Below, one piece after another: positions 41,883-52,674 of a DNA stretch of 64,000 bases. Each line of letters begins with the position of its first letter. Within the stretch, counting starts at the first letter, position 1. Both the position numbers and the translations under genes were made by a program. A model generated the notes under the pieces. It was not told where the DNA came from, searched no databases, and saw only the letters and a list, made by a program, of their open reading frames with translations. This DNA is from an uncultured Gemmatimonadaceae bacterium (lineage in GTDB: Bacteria > Gemmatimonadota > Gemmatimonadetes > Gemmatimonadales > Gemmatimonadaceae), in the NCBI GenBank assembly GCA_963843845.1, contig CAWJMB010000001.1, positions 32,001 through 96,000 on the forward strand, in the 5' to 3' direction.

Positions 41883-42689
41883 TCACACCTCGACCAGCGC
41901 CGGCAGCTCGGGCAGCTCCGTCGGCGCCGGCAACCGCTCGAACATCGGCCGGCCGAGCAGGTAGCCCTGGCAGAGGCGCACGCCGGCGTCGGTGAGCCAG
42001 GCCAGCTCGGCCGCCGTCTCGATCCCTTCGGCGATCACGTCGATGCCGAGCTCGTCGCAGACCATGAGGATCGCGCGCACGATGCTCTGGCTCGGCCCGC
42101 GCCCCTCGATGCCGCGTACGAGCGCCATGTCGAGCTTGAGCAGGTCGGGCTGCAGGTCGGCGAGCAGGTTGAGCCCCGCGTACCCCGCGCCGAAGTCGTC
42201 GATCGCGACGCAGAGGCCGGCCCCGCGGTACTCGTCGATGACCGCCGCGAACGCCGGGTGGTCGTCGATCGCCTCGCTCTCGGTGATCTCGACGATGAGC
42301 TGCTGCGGGCGGAGCCCCGCGTGCCGCGCCGCCGCGAGCAGCGGGGCGAGCCCGTTCCGTGCGCCGGCGCCCGGTGGGCCGGCGGTCGATGCGCCGGCGC
42401 CGACGCCTGACACACTGCGCGGCAGCGCGTTCACACTCAGCCGGCACCGAATGCCGAGCCGCCCCGCGAGCGCGACGGCGGCGAGACGGCTCTCGGCGTC
42501 GAACGCGAACAGCGCGTCCTCGGGGACGCGCGCGAACACGGTGCCGGCCGGCTCGCCGCGCGCGCCGCGCACGAGCGCCTCGTACGCGAACGCCGCGCCG
42601 GTCGACACGTCGACGATCGGCTGGAACGCGTAGCTGTACCACGGCAGCACGACGCGCTCCGCGTCTGGCGCGCCCGCCTCGTCAGACAC
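41883..42689 (-). CDS. Stand-alone EAL domain c-di-GMP phosphodiesterase
   Basis: FQPIV, YEALVRG, SVN, EITESE, IDDFGAGYAGL, KLD, AEGIET, QGY. Confidence 0.93.
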   Translation of the reverse strand: MSDEAGAPDAERVVLPWYSYAFQPIVDVSTGAAFAYEALVRGARGEPAGTVFARVPEDALFAFDAESRLAAVALAGRLGIRCRLSVNALPRSVSGVGAGASTAGPPGAGARNGLAPLLAAARHAGLRPQQLIVEITESEAIDDHPAFAAVIDEYRGAGLCVAIDDFGAGYAGLNLLADLQPDLLKLDMALVRGIEGRGPSQSIVRAILMVCDELGIDVIAEGIETAAELAWLTDAGVRLCQGYLLGRPMFERLPAPTELPELPALVEV

Positions 42690-43161
42690 GAACGCTCCGG
42701 GCGACCTGACCGGTCGCCTGCGGTGCCGCGCGCCCCGCACGCCACCGCCCGCCGCGGAACGCCGTCAGCAGCTTCTGCGCGCGCCCCGGATCGAGCTGCG
42801 TGACGCACGACGCGCCGTCGAAGAAGTCGTTCAGCCCCGCGACGCGCGCGACTTCCGTCGGCGACGCGCTCGCGTAGCCCATGCTCCACTCGCCGAACGA
42901 GCGGCGCGGGATCCGCTCGCGGATGATCGTCACCGGGCGCGCGTGTCGCGGGTCGCCGGCGATGCGCGCGAAGGTCCTGTCGACCGCGTCGGGCGGCCCT
43001 TCGAGTACCTGGAAGAAGCTGCCGTCGATGTAGAGCAGCATCCCCGTGACACCGTCGCGCACGTTGTTCGCGCGCGACGTGAGGAGCACCGTCGACAGCT
43101 CGCCGTCGGTCGGCAGGCTCGTCGCGACGCTTGCATAGATCAGGTGGATCAACGAATCCAT
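42682..43161 (-). CDS. Short BLUF blue-light sensor
   Basis: LIYAS, SRANN..DGVTGMLLY, FFQVLEG, DPRH, RSFGEWSM (Tyr/Gln/Trp/Met conserved). Confidence 0.95.
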   Translation of the reverse strand: MDSLIHLIYASVATSLPTDGELSTVLLTSRANNVRDGVTGMLLYIDGSFFQVLEGPPDAVDRTFARIAGDPRHARPVTIIRERIPRRSFGEWSMGYASASPTEVARVAGLNDFFDGASCVTQLDPGRAQKLLTAFRGGRWRAGRAAPQATGQVARSVRV

Positions 43162-43235
43162 CGAGCCTTCCCTTCCTCCGTCGAACGGGGGCCGTGCCGG
43201 TTCTCTCCACGGACGCGTGGCGCGCCGCGAAGGTA

Positions 43236-43784
43236 TCAGCGCGAGATCCCGCGCTCGCCGGGGATTCCCCTGACCCGACCGGGCGCCTCTGCACGCGGGG
43301 GAACACGCCGACCCGCTCGACGGTGGGATCGGTGTCGCTCGCCACGATTCGACCCACCCGCCGAGCCGCCGTGGCTGCGGCGCGACGAGGCCGCGGTGCG
43401 CGGCAGCGCTTCGTCAGCGCGAGGCAAGCGGTCGGCGTTCACGTCCGCCTCGCAGGTGGACACGTTGCTCACCGTCACCATCCCATTGCCCCCGGGATGC
43501 GCCGTCACGGCCACGAGGATGGTGAACTTCGCCTCGTGCAGCAGCCTGATGCCGGTGGGACGCCGATGCGCCACCCACGAGGTGAACGACTGCGTGCGCG
43601 CGATCGTGTTCAGACAGCTCCCGTCTGTCTGCGTGGTCTCGGTCGGCCGGGGATGATACGGGTGACTGTTCCTGTTGAAGGAGTCGTTCACTTCCAGGTT
43701 CACCGTGCCCGCCGCCTTGCCGTGCAGATTGACCCACGCCGGCTGCGCACACTGAGACGACACACCCTTGAAATAGAACGGCAC
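43236..43784 (-). other. Lower-GC hypothetical ORF, possibly a gene remnant
   Basis: Asn/Thr-rich, protein-like composition unlike shadow ORFs; no clear signal peptide. Confidence 0.35.
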
Positions 43785-44017
43785 ATCCGTCGCTACTCGG
43801 TGTCCTCACCATGGGGAGGGCGTCGTGCGATGCCACTCGAATCGAGCGGCTCGGCGCGGCCCTGTGCTCGCGTGTCGTCACTGTCACCCGCAGTCACTCG
43901 CCCGAGGGCGAGGCCGCATCGGTGAAGGACAGCCGCGGCGGACGACATGGGGCTCGAACTGCACGACCGTGAGACCCGGCGCTGCACTGAATCTCCACGG
44001 GTTCGACTGCGCGGCGC

Positions 44018-47000
44018 TCAGCGGCCGGGATCACTCCCCACCACTGTCCCGTCCTTCCACCACCACAGCCGCGCCACGCTTCCCTTCCTCGGCCACACCT
44101 CCGCCAACGTCTCTCCCTCGTACAGCCGTCCGTTCTTCATCACGTACCGGATCGTGTTCGTGTTCCGGATGTCGTCGAGCGGGTTCGGCGTCGAGCACCT
44201 GCAGGTCGGCCAGCTTCCCCGGCTCGACCGACCCGAGGTGACTTGCCCCATGCCGATCGCCTCGGCGCCGAAGATCGTCGCGACGCGGAGGACGTCGTGC
44301 CGCGGCATGCCCCCCGACGCGATGCTCCACAGCTCCCAGTGCGCGCCGAGCCCCTGGAACTGGCCGTGGCTGCCTAGCCCGACGCGACCGCCCGCGGCGA
44401 CGAGCTTCGCGGCCTGCGCGGCGAACAGCGGGAACGAGTACTGCGACGGCGCCCACCACCCCGGCCGCCGCATGCGCCTTCTTCTCGATCTCGTGGCGCG
44501 GCATGAAGCGGTTCACCTTCGGATCGTCGATCACGTTCGTCGTCTCGTACCAGTAGTTCTCCGCCCACGGACCGCCGTACTGCACGACGAGCGTCGGCGT
44601 CCACGTCGTGCCGCTCTGCGCGAACAGCTGGACGGCGTCCTTGTAGAGCGGCGCGATGGGAAGCGTGTGCTCGATCCCCGCGTAGCCGTCCATCGCCTCG
44701 GTCATGTTCTTCTTGAAGTCGAGCCCACCCTCGAGCGTCGGCATGAGCCCCTGCTCGCGCGCCGCCATCGCGATCCACTGCCGCACCTTGCGGTCGCCCG
44801 CCATGTACTGCTTGATCGTGTTCGTGTGGTAGAACTCCGAGTAGCGGCGCAACACGTCGCGCGCGTCGTCGAGCGCTCGGATGTTGTCGCGCGCGAACAC
44901 GCCGGGGCCGGTCGCGAGGATGCGCGGACCGATCACGTCGCCCGTCTCGACCATGTCGCCGTACGACGAGCACGTCGGTCGTCGACGTCTGCGGGTCGCG
45001 CGTCGTCGTCACGCCGTACGCGAGGTTGATCAGGTACTCCCACGGCTGCGTGCGGTGCACGCCGAACGCCGGCCACATGTGCGCGTGCACGTCGACGTAG
45101 CCGGGCAGGATCGTCTTCCCCGTGACGTCGATGACCCGCGCGTCGGCCGGCGCCGGAACGCTCCCCGTCGCCCCGACTCGCCACGATCCGGTTGTCCGTC
45201 ACGACGACGTCGCCGCTCGCGATCACCTCGTCGCCCTTCATCGTGACGATCCGCGCGCCGCGCAGCACCACCGTCCCGCTCGGCCGGTCCTTCGCGACGC
45301 GGATCGTCACGTCGAGCCGCGTCGGCTCGTAGAGCGCGCGCGTCGCGCGCGAGCCGCCGGGGCGGATCGTGGTGTCCGCCGCCGCGATCCCGGTCGGCGC
45401 TCCCGGCGCCCCGCCGCGCGCCGAGTCCGCGCGCTGGTCGAGACGCCGCTCGGCGCGCATCGTCGAGTCGCGCACGAGCGAGTCCGCGCGTCGCGACGTC
45501 GTACGTGAAGAACGAGCGGCCTAACGAGTAGACGATCTGCCGCCCGTCGCGCGACCAGCTGCGCGAAGTCGCCGCCCACGCGCGTGAGGCGCCGTACGGG
45601 AACCTGCGACTGCGCCGGATTCGTGATCGAGATCTGCGGCGCGTTCGCTCCGACCTGCGGCACCGACGAGATGAGGTAGAGGTTCGTCCCCGCCTGCACG
45701 AGCGCGCGGTCCCCTTCCGGCGAGATCAGGATCTCTTCGGCCGCGCGGCGCTTGCGCGCCCACCGCCCTGCGGCGGCGCCGCGCTCCCGACGCGCAGATG
45801 CGCCTGCCGATCCGTGCCGTCGTAGCGCATCGAGACGAGCCCTTCGCTCGGCTCGAACATGTAGACGCGCGCCGGTGTCGGCGCCGAAGTGCGGTTGGCC
45901 GAAGCGCGTGACGCGGCGTGATGACCGTCGCCGCGCCGCCCGCCGCGGGCAGCCACACCAGCTCGACCCCTGCCGCCTCCGCGCTGCTGCCGCCCAGCTC
46001 GTCGCGGTCGCGCCGCTGCTCGCGCGGGCCGCGGGCGACGCACGAGCCGCCGGCCGTCCGGCGAGTACGCGAGCTTGTCGTAGAAGCCGGACCGCGTGCG
46101 TCAAGCTGCTCCGGCGTGCCCGGCGACCCGTTCGGCCCGTCGGCGCGCACGCGGTACACGTCGCCGCCGGTCTGCTCGTTCCACGTCACGTAGGCGACAT
46201 GGCGACCGTCGGGCGACCAGGAGGGGGAGAACTCGCCGTCGTCCTGCGACGACGTGAGGCGCCGCGGCCGGCAGCTCGCCGCCGGCGCGTCGCCGGTCGT
46301 CGACGTCGGGCACGTCGCGAGATCGAGCAGCCACAACCTGTCGAGCGCCGTGAACGCGAGCTGCCTGCCGTTCGGCGACCGCGTCGCGTTGCGGATCTGC
46401 CGCACGGTCAGGATCGAGTCGTCGTACGCGAACTCGCGCGTGATCGCGCCCGTGATCATCTGGTCGACTTCGGCGCGGAACGGGATCATGGTCTGCGCAC
46501 CGTCGGCGACCGCCGACACGCCAGATCCGGCCGTGGTGCGCGACGACGAGCGCTTTGCTGTCCGGCGTGAACGCGTACGGCGGCAGCAGATCGCGGCTGT
46601 AGCGCGACTCCTGGTCGTCGCGCTGCACGTCGGGCGCGAGCGTGCGCTCGTCGCCCGTCGCGAGGTCGCGGATGCGCAGCGACGTCAGCGAGTCGCGGCG
46701 CGTGGCGTAGACGAGCCACTTCCCATCCGGGCTCAGCGCCGGCCGCATGCCGGAGCCCGGTGCCTGCGTCCGCACGAACGTCTTCCCCGTGCGCCGATCG
46801 TAGACCGCGATCTGCCAGTCGAGCGTGACCTGGTTGTAGCCGCCCCCCGCCGCCGTGCGCACCGCGGAGTAGACGTAGCGCGCGTCCGGCCCGAACGCCG
46901 CGCCGACGTAGTTGCTCGGGAAGGCGGGTGCGGCGGCCGGCGCGGCGGGCCCCGTCGTCCCGGTCCCCGTCAGTTGCACGCCGGTGCCGCCGTCGCGGTG

Positions 47001-47524
47001 GTAGAGAAAGAGGTTGTAGCCGGCGCCCGCGCCGTTGCGCGACACGACGACGTACTTGCCGTCCGGCGTCCACGTCGGCGAGACGAACGTGCGGTTCTCC
47101 TCGCGCGTCAGCGGCCGGGCGTTCGACCCGTCGGCGTTCGCGAGCCACAGGTTGTCGGCGCCGTGGCGGTCGCTCACGTAGACGATCGACGTGCCGTCGG
47201 GCGACCAGTGCGGCTGCGCGTCCATCGCCTGCCCGCTCGTGACCCGCGTCGCGGTCCCGCCGGTGATCGGCAGCGTGTAGAGATCGCCCAGCAGATCGAA
47301 CACGATCGTCCGCCCGTCCGGCGACAGATCGAGCGACATCCACGTCCCTTCCTCGGTCGTGAAGCGGAGCGGCTTCGCCGGCGCGAGGGGCAGCTCGCGC
47401 GTGCCGCGCCCCCCGAGTCGCTCGCCGCGCGCTGCGCCCTCAGCGGCGGCGCGACCGGAGCGAGCAGCGCGAGCAGCGACAGCGTGGCCAGCGTCGCGGA
47501 GACGATCGAGCGGGAGGTGCGCAT
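44018..47524 (-). CDS. Secreted amidohydrolase with N-terminal PD40/TolB-like beta-propellers (many frameshifts)
   Basis: EGTWMSLDLSPDGRTIVFDLLGDLY, repeated WSPDG, PGYVDVHAH, YGVTTTRDP, GSHGQFQG..AHWE, GS.EPGKLADL, YVMKNG. Confidence 0.9.
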
Positions 47525-47746
47525 GGCACGAGGAGCGAGAGGTGAAGCGTCGATCTTCACTCCAGGACCACGTGCGAGCAAGCGGCGCCGAGCCGTCGTC
47601 GGCCGGCGCGTACGCTGGTGTACGCCGCCGTCTGACAGAGCACGCGCCGCGGTCTGACAGACACCCTCGCCGGCCGTCCGTAGCTTCGGCGAGGTCTGCG
47701 CGTTCGCCCTGTTCGCGCTGCCGCCCCACCCCTACCGCGACTACCG

Positions 47747-49408
47747 ATGACTGCGCCACACCGGGTGCCGCGCGAGGCACCCGACCGACCGACCGCCCGC
47801 GACGGATCGAAGGCCACGCCGAAGCTCGTCGTCGACCCCATGCAGCTCGACGAGAGCTTGCCCGCCACGTGGCGTCACGACATTCCCGCCGGCATCGTCG
47901 TCTTCCTCGTCGCGCTCCCGCTCTGCCTCGGCGTCGCGCTCGCGTCGGGGGCGCCCCTCCTCTCGGGACTGCTCACCGGCATCGTCGGCGGCCTCGTCGT
48001 GTCCACGCTGAGCGGCTCGCAGCTCATGGTGAGCGGCCCGGCCGCGGGGCTCACCGCGATCGTGCTCGCCGCGATCGCCGAGCTCGGCTCGTTCGACCGC
48101 TTCCTCGTAGCCGTCGTCATCGCCGGCGCGATCCAGGTCGTGTTGGGCGTCGCCCGCGCCGGCATCATCGGCTACTTCTTCCCGTCGTCGGTCATCCGCG
48201 GGATGCTCGCGGCCATCGGGCTCATTCTCATCTTCAAGCAGCTGCCGTACGCGCTGGGCGCCGGCATCGCCCCCGTCGGTGCGGAGATCGGCGCCGAGGG
48301 CGACGACGGCGAGCACGGCGGCGGCTACATCGGGCCGATCCTCGCGGCGGCGCGCGCGATGGTTCCGCTCGCCGTGATGCTCTCGGCCGGCGCGCTGCTC
48401 GTGCTCGCGTTCTGGGACCGGGTCGCGCCGGCACGGGTGCGCAAGATCGTGCCTGCCGCGCTCGTCGTCGTCGCGCTCGGCGTCATCGGCGCGCTCGCCG
48501 CGTCCGTCTCGCCGTCGTTCGCGCTCCCCGCGACGTCGATGGTCTCGCTCCCGACCCCGTCGTCGCTCGGCGAGCTGGCCGCGCTGCTCACCTTCCCGGC
48601 GTGGTCGGCGCTCTTCGACCCGGCCGTCTGGCGCGTCGCGGTCACGATCGGGATCGTCGCCAGTCTCGAGACGCTGCTCTCGCTCGAGGCGACCGACAAG
48701 CTCGACCCGTTCAAGCGCTCGGCCCCCGCGAACCGGCAGCTCTTCGCCCAGGGCATCGGGAACATGATCTCGGGCGCGATCGGCGGGCTCCCCATGACCG
48801 GCGTCATCGTGCGCAGCGCGGCGAACGTCGGCGCCGGCGCACGGACGTGGCGCTCGGCGTTCTTCCACGGCGTGCTGCTGCTCCTCGCGGTCGTCGCGAT
48901 CCCGGCGCTGCTGAACCGCATCCCGCTCGCCGTGCTCGCCGCGATCCTCCTGTTCACCGGCTACAAGCTCGCGAACCCGAGGCAGCTCGTCGACGCGTGG
49001 CGCGTCGGGCCGAAGTATCTGATCCCATTCGTCGTCACGGTCGTCGCGATCCTCGCCACCGACCTGCTGATCGGCATCTGCATCGGCCTCGCGATCGGCG
49101 CGTTCTTCATCCTCCGCGACGACTTCAGCCACGCGTACTCGTACCAGCTCGACGAGTCCGCCGACCACCGCCGCGTCCGCCTGACGCTCGCCGAGCAGGT
49201 GACCTTCCTGAACAAGGCGCGCATCAACGAAGCGCTGCACGCCGTGCCGCCCGGCAGCACGGTCACCGTCGACGCGTCGCGCACCCGGCACATGGACCAC
49301 GACGTCGTCGAGCTGCTCCACGAGTTCGAGAAGAACGCCCGCGCCCGCCGCATCACGCTCAACCTGCTCGGAGTCCCAGCGCCGACGGCGGTGAGCGGGG
49401 CACACTGA
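47747..49408 (+). CDS. SulP family anion transporter with STAS domain
   Basis: DIPAGIVVFLVALPLCLGVALASGAP, VSGPAAGL, SLETLLS, GGLPMTGVIVRS, FLNKA. Confidence 0.95.
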   Translation: MTAPHRVPREAPDRPTARDGSKATPKLVVDPMQLDESLPATWRHDIPAGIVVFLVALPLCLGVALASGAPLLSGLLTGIVGGLVVSTLSGSQLMVSGPAAGLTAIVLAAIAELGSFDRFLVAVVIAGAIQVVLGVARAGIIGYFFPSSVIRGMLAAIGLILIFKQLPYALGAGIAPVGAEIGAEGDDGEHGGGYIGPILAAARAMVPLAVMLSAGALLVLAFWDRVAPARVRKIVPAALVVVALGVIGALAASVSPSFALPATSMVSLPTPSSLGELAALLTFPAWSALFDPAVWRVAVTIGIVASLETLLSLEATDKLDPFKRSAPANRQLFAQGIGNMISGAIGGLPMTGVIVRSAANVGAGARTWRSAFFHGVLLLLAVVAIPALLNRIPLAVLAAILLFTGYKLANPRQLVDAWRVGPKYLIPFVVTVVAILATDLLIGICIGLAIGAFFILRDDFSHAYSYQLDESADHRRVRLTLAEQVTFLNKARINEALHAVPPGSTVTVDASRTRHMDHDVVELLHEFEKNARARRITLNLLGVPAPTAVSGAH

Positions 49409-49432
49409 TCGCTGGGCGTTTCCGACAGGAAA

Positions 49433-50608
49433 TCACGCAGCCCGAAGCGCCGTCGACGCCACGCGCGCCGTCTCTGCCAGCACCGCCGCGCCGACGAGGA
49501 TGCTCTCCTCGGCCGCATAGAAGCGCGGCGAGTGCGCCGCGATGCGGTCGCCGCCCGGCTCGCGCGCGCCGATGCGGAGGAAGCAGCCGGGCATCCGCTC
49601 GAGGTAGAACGCGAAGTCCTCGCCGCCCATGTTCGTCGTCCCGAACGGCACGACGTGCTCGGCGCCTAACAGTCGAGTCGCGGCGTCGCGCGCCCAGCCC
49701 GCGGCCCGCGCGTCGTTCACGACCGGCGGCGTGCCGTCGGAGAACGTGACGTCTGCGGACACGCCGTACCCCGCGGCGACCTGAGCGACGATCTGGTGCA
49801 GGCCGTCGACGAGCAGCGCACGCGCGGACGCGACGGTCGCGCGGATCGTCCCCGTGAGCGTCGCGCGCTCCGGAATCACGTTGCCCGCCGAGCCGGCGTG
49901 GATCGACCCGATCGTGACGACGCCGGGGAGCGCCGGATCGAGCCGCCGCGCGACGAGCGTCTGCACCGCGCTCACCACCGCCGCCGCGGCGACGATCGGG
50001 TCGGCCGACTCGTGCGGACGCGCACCGTGCGCGCCGGCGCCGCGCAGCACGATCGCGAACGCGTCGGCGCTCGCGTTCACCGGCCCCGCGTCCGCGACGA
50101 CGTCGCCCACCGCGAACCGCCGGTCGACGTGCGCGCCGAAGATCGCCCGCGCCTCGTCGAGCGCCCCGCTCGCGACCACGGCCGCCGCGCCGCTCCCGAC
50201 CTCCTCCGCGGGCTGCAGCACGACGAGCACGTCGCCCGCCGCGGGTCGCTCGAGCAACAGCGCCGCCGCGCCGACCGCCCACGTCGCGTGCACATCGTGC
50301 CCGCACGCGTGCATCACACCCGGCACCGTCGACGCGAACGGCAGCGCGGTCGCCTCCTGGATCGGCAGCGCGTCGACGTCACCGCGCAGCGCGACCACCG
50401 GCGCGCCGCGATCGCGTCCCGGTACCCGCGCGACGAGCCCCGTCGTCGCGACGCGTCGAACGTCCCTGACGCCGAGCGCCGCGAGCTCGGCTTCGAGCGC
50501 CGAGGCGGTCCGCGTCTCCTGCCACGACAGCTCGGGGTGCCGGTGCAGATCGCGCCGTAGCGCCACGAGCCGCGTCGTCAGTCGTTCGTCGACCAGCGCG
50601 ATCGTCAT
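49433..50608 (-). CDS. M20D amidohydrolase
   Basis: RRDLHRHPELS, LRGDVDALP, MHACGHD, QPAEE, GEDF. Confidence 0.94.
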   Translation of the reverse strand: MTIALVDERLTTRLVALRRDLHRHPELSWQETRTASALEAELAALGVRDVRRVATTGLVARVPGRDRGAPVVALRGDVDALPIQEATALPFASTVPGVMHACGHDVHATWAVGAAALLLERPAAGDVLVVLQPAEEVGSGAAAVVASGALDEARAIFGAHVDRRFAVGDVVADAGPVNASADAFAIVLRGAGAHGARPHESADPIVAAAAVVSAVQTLVARRLDPALPGVVTIGSIHAGSAGNVIPERATLTGTIRATVASARALLVDGLHQIVAQVAAGYGVSADVTFSDGTPPVVNDARAAGWARDAATRLLGAEHVVPFGTTNMGGEDFAFYLERMPGCFLRIGAREPGGDRIAAHSPRFYAAEESILVGAAVLAETARVASTALRAA

Positions 50609-50617
50609 ATTCCTCGC

Positions 50618-51292
50618 ATGAGTCTTCCGCCGATTCCCGCGGGGTGGGTGCCGTCGCTTCGCGACGCGGTCGAGCACCCATACTACGCCGACCTCGAGCG
50701 CTTCGTCGACGAGGAGCGCGCCGCGTACGACGTGTACCCGCCCCCGGACGACGTCTACGCCGCGCTCGCGCTCACGCCGAAGCGCTCGGTGAAGGCACTC
50801 GTCCTCGGCCAGGACCCGTACCCGTCCCCGGGGATGGCGCACGGCCTCGCGTTCTCCGTTCGGCCGGGCGCACGCACTCCGGGGTCGCTGCGCAACATCT
50901 TCAGGGAGCTCGAGTCGGACGTCGGCGTTCCGCGGCCGGCGAGCGGCTCGCTGGTTCCGTGGGCCGAGTCGGGCGTGCTGCTGTTGAACGCCGTGCTCAC
51001 CGTCCGCGCCGGCGCGCCGAACTCGCACAAGGGGCGCGGCTGGGAGCGGTTCACCGACGCCGTCATCCGCGCCGTGAACGAGCGCACGACGCGCGTCGTC
51101 TTCATTCTCTGGGGTGCCTACGCACAGAAGAAAGCGCCGCTGATCGACACGGAGCGCCATGTCGTCATCACCGGCACGCACCCGTCGCCGCTCGCGCGCG
51201 GCGTCGGCTTCTTCGGCACGCGCCCGTTCTCGCGGACGAACGCGGCGCTCGCCGACGCCGGCGTCGCCCCGATCGACTGGTCGCTCGCCTGA
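50618..51292 (+). CDS. ung: Uracil-DNA glycosylase, family 1
   Basis: GQDPY, AHGLAFS, SLRNIF, GVLLLN, HPSPL. Confidence 0.96.
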   Translation: MSLPPIPAGWVPSLRDAVEHPYYADLERFVDEERAAYDVYPPPDDVYAALALTPKRSVKALVLGQDPYPSPGMAHGLAFSVRPGARTPGSLRNIFRELESDVGVPRPASGSLVPWAESGVLLLNAVLTVRAGAPNSHKGRGWERFTDAVIRAVNERTTRVVFILWGAYAQKKAPLIDTERHVVITGTHPSPLARGVGFFGTRPFSRTNAALADAGVAPIDWSLA

Positions 51293-51350
51293 CGGTCGGC
51301 GCACCCGCTCCCTGATCGACGTCATCGTCCTCTCACTCCTCATCGCGACC

Positions 51351-52637
51351 ATGTCGACCGCCCGCCTCGCGCTCGCCTTCGCCCTGCTCTCGACGCCGCT
51401 CGCCGCGCAGCCCGCGCCGACCACCCGCCCCGGGCAGCCGGCGCAGCAGACCGAGTCCGACGCCTACACGCGCTACGAGCTGCTCGCGCCCGGCACCGCG
51501 AAGTTCCGCATTCTCTACGAGGTGACGGCGACGACGCCGGGCGCGACGGCGTACTTCAACCCGATCCGCCGAGGAAGCATCGCGACCGACGAGCGCGTCA
51601 CCGACCGCGCGACCGGGAAGCCGCTCCGGTTCGACGTGGTGAGCGGCAGCGTCGCCCGCGCCGGCGGCGTGCGTGGCGCCGACACGAGCGGCCAGTACAT
51701 CCGCGTCACGCTCGCGCGCGCCGTGCCCGACGACGGCGGCGAGGCGCGCGTCCTCATCGACAAGACATACGAGGACACGTCGAGCTACCGAACGGACGGC
51801 CCCGAAGACATCGTCTTCCGCCGCTCGTTGGGCATCAAGCGCAACACGATCGTGCTCCCCGCCGGCTACGAGCTCGTCGCCTGCAACTATCCGTCGCAGA
51901 TCCTCCAGACCGCCGGCGGGCGCGTCGCCGTGAGCTTCTGGAACGCGACCCCGGCCGAGGCCCCGCTCTCGCTCCGCGCGCGCAAGGTCGACCGCGCGGG
52001 CGCGCTGGCGGCCACACCCCCGGCGTCGTTAGGCACCGGTGGCGTCGTCCCGAACGCGCGCGCGCGACTCGACGAGCGCGCCTACCAGAACCGCGAGATC
52101 GTCTACTTCCTGCGCCCGCCCGAGACGCACTCGTTCGCTCTCTATCACGACTACACCGAGACGCGCCCCGGCGAGAGCACCTACGTCAACGTCGTGCGCG
52201 CCGGCAGCGCGGTGTCCGAGCCCTCCGCCCGGAACCTCGACACCGGCGAGCGGCTGCGCTGGGAAGTCCTGGCGGGCGACGCCATCGCGCGGCGCGGGTT
52301 CGCCGCGCAGGCGCCGAACGCGACCCCGACCACCGAGATCGTCGTCTTCCGCTTCGCGCCCGTGCCGGCCGGCGGCTCGACGCGCCTCCGCATGTCGGAG
52401 ACGTACACCGACAGCGCCCGCTACACGATGGTCGGCGACACCTTCGTCTGGGACCGCGCGCTCGGCCGCCCGGCGAACGCGGTCGTGCTCCCGATCGGGT
52501 GGCTGCTCACGAACTGCTCGGTCCCCGCCACCGTGACCGAGCTGATCGACGGCCGCATCCGCCTCGACTTCATCAACCCGCGCACCGACGAGATCCCGGT
52601 GCTCATCACCGGACGGCGGCGAGAGCGGGAGCGGTAG
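51351..52637 (+). CDS. Secreted hypothetical protein with two homologous domains
   Basis: Signal peptide; internal duplication; codon usage typical of the window. Confidence 0.8.
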   Translation: MSTARLALAFALLSTPLAAQPAPTTRPGQPAQQTESDAYTRYELLAPGTAKFRILYEVTATTPGATAYFNPIRRGSIATDERVTDRATGKPLRFDVVSGSVARAGGVRGADTSGQYIRVTLARAVPDDGGEARVLIDKTYEDTSSYRTDGPEDIVFRRSLGIKRNTIVLPAGYELVACNYPSQILQTAGGRVAVSFWNATPAEAPLSLRARKVDRAGALAATPPASLGTGGVVPNARARLDERAYQNREIVYFLRPPETHSFALYHDYTETRPGESTYVNVVRAGSAVSEPSARNLDTGERLRWEVLAGDAIARRGFAAQAPNATPTTEIVVFRFAPVPAGGSTRLRMSETYTDSARYTMVGDTFVWDRALGRPANAVVLPIGWLLTNCSVPATVTELIDGRIRLDFINPRTDEIPVLITGRRRERER

Positions 52638-52674
52638 GCTGGTCGCTTCGGGACCGGTGGACGCGGCCGCACCA

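Noticed and set aside
21918..47524. Many frameshifted genes (hldD, SDR, Gfo, isomerase, DUF885, LytS kinase, amidohydrolase; also ACAD, rbsC, cobO, btuC and metC outside this span) as pseudogenes or programmed frameshifts
   Set aside because: Indels cluster in blocks, motifs are intact on both sides and I saw no nonsense substitutions; long-read consensus error is the simpler explanation.
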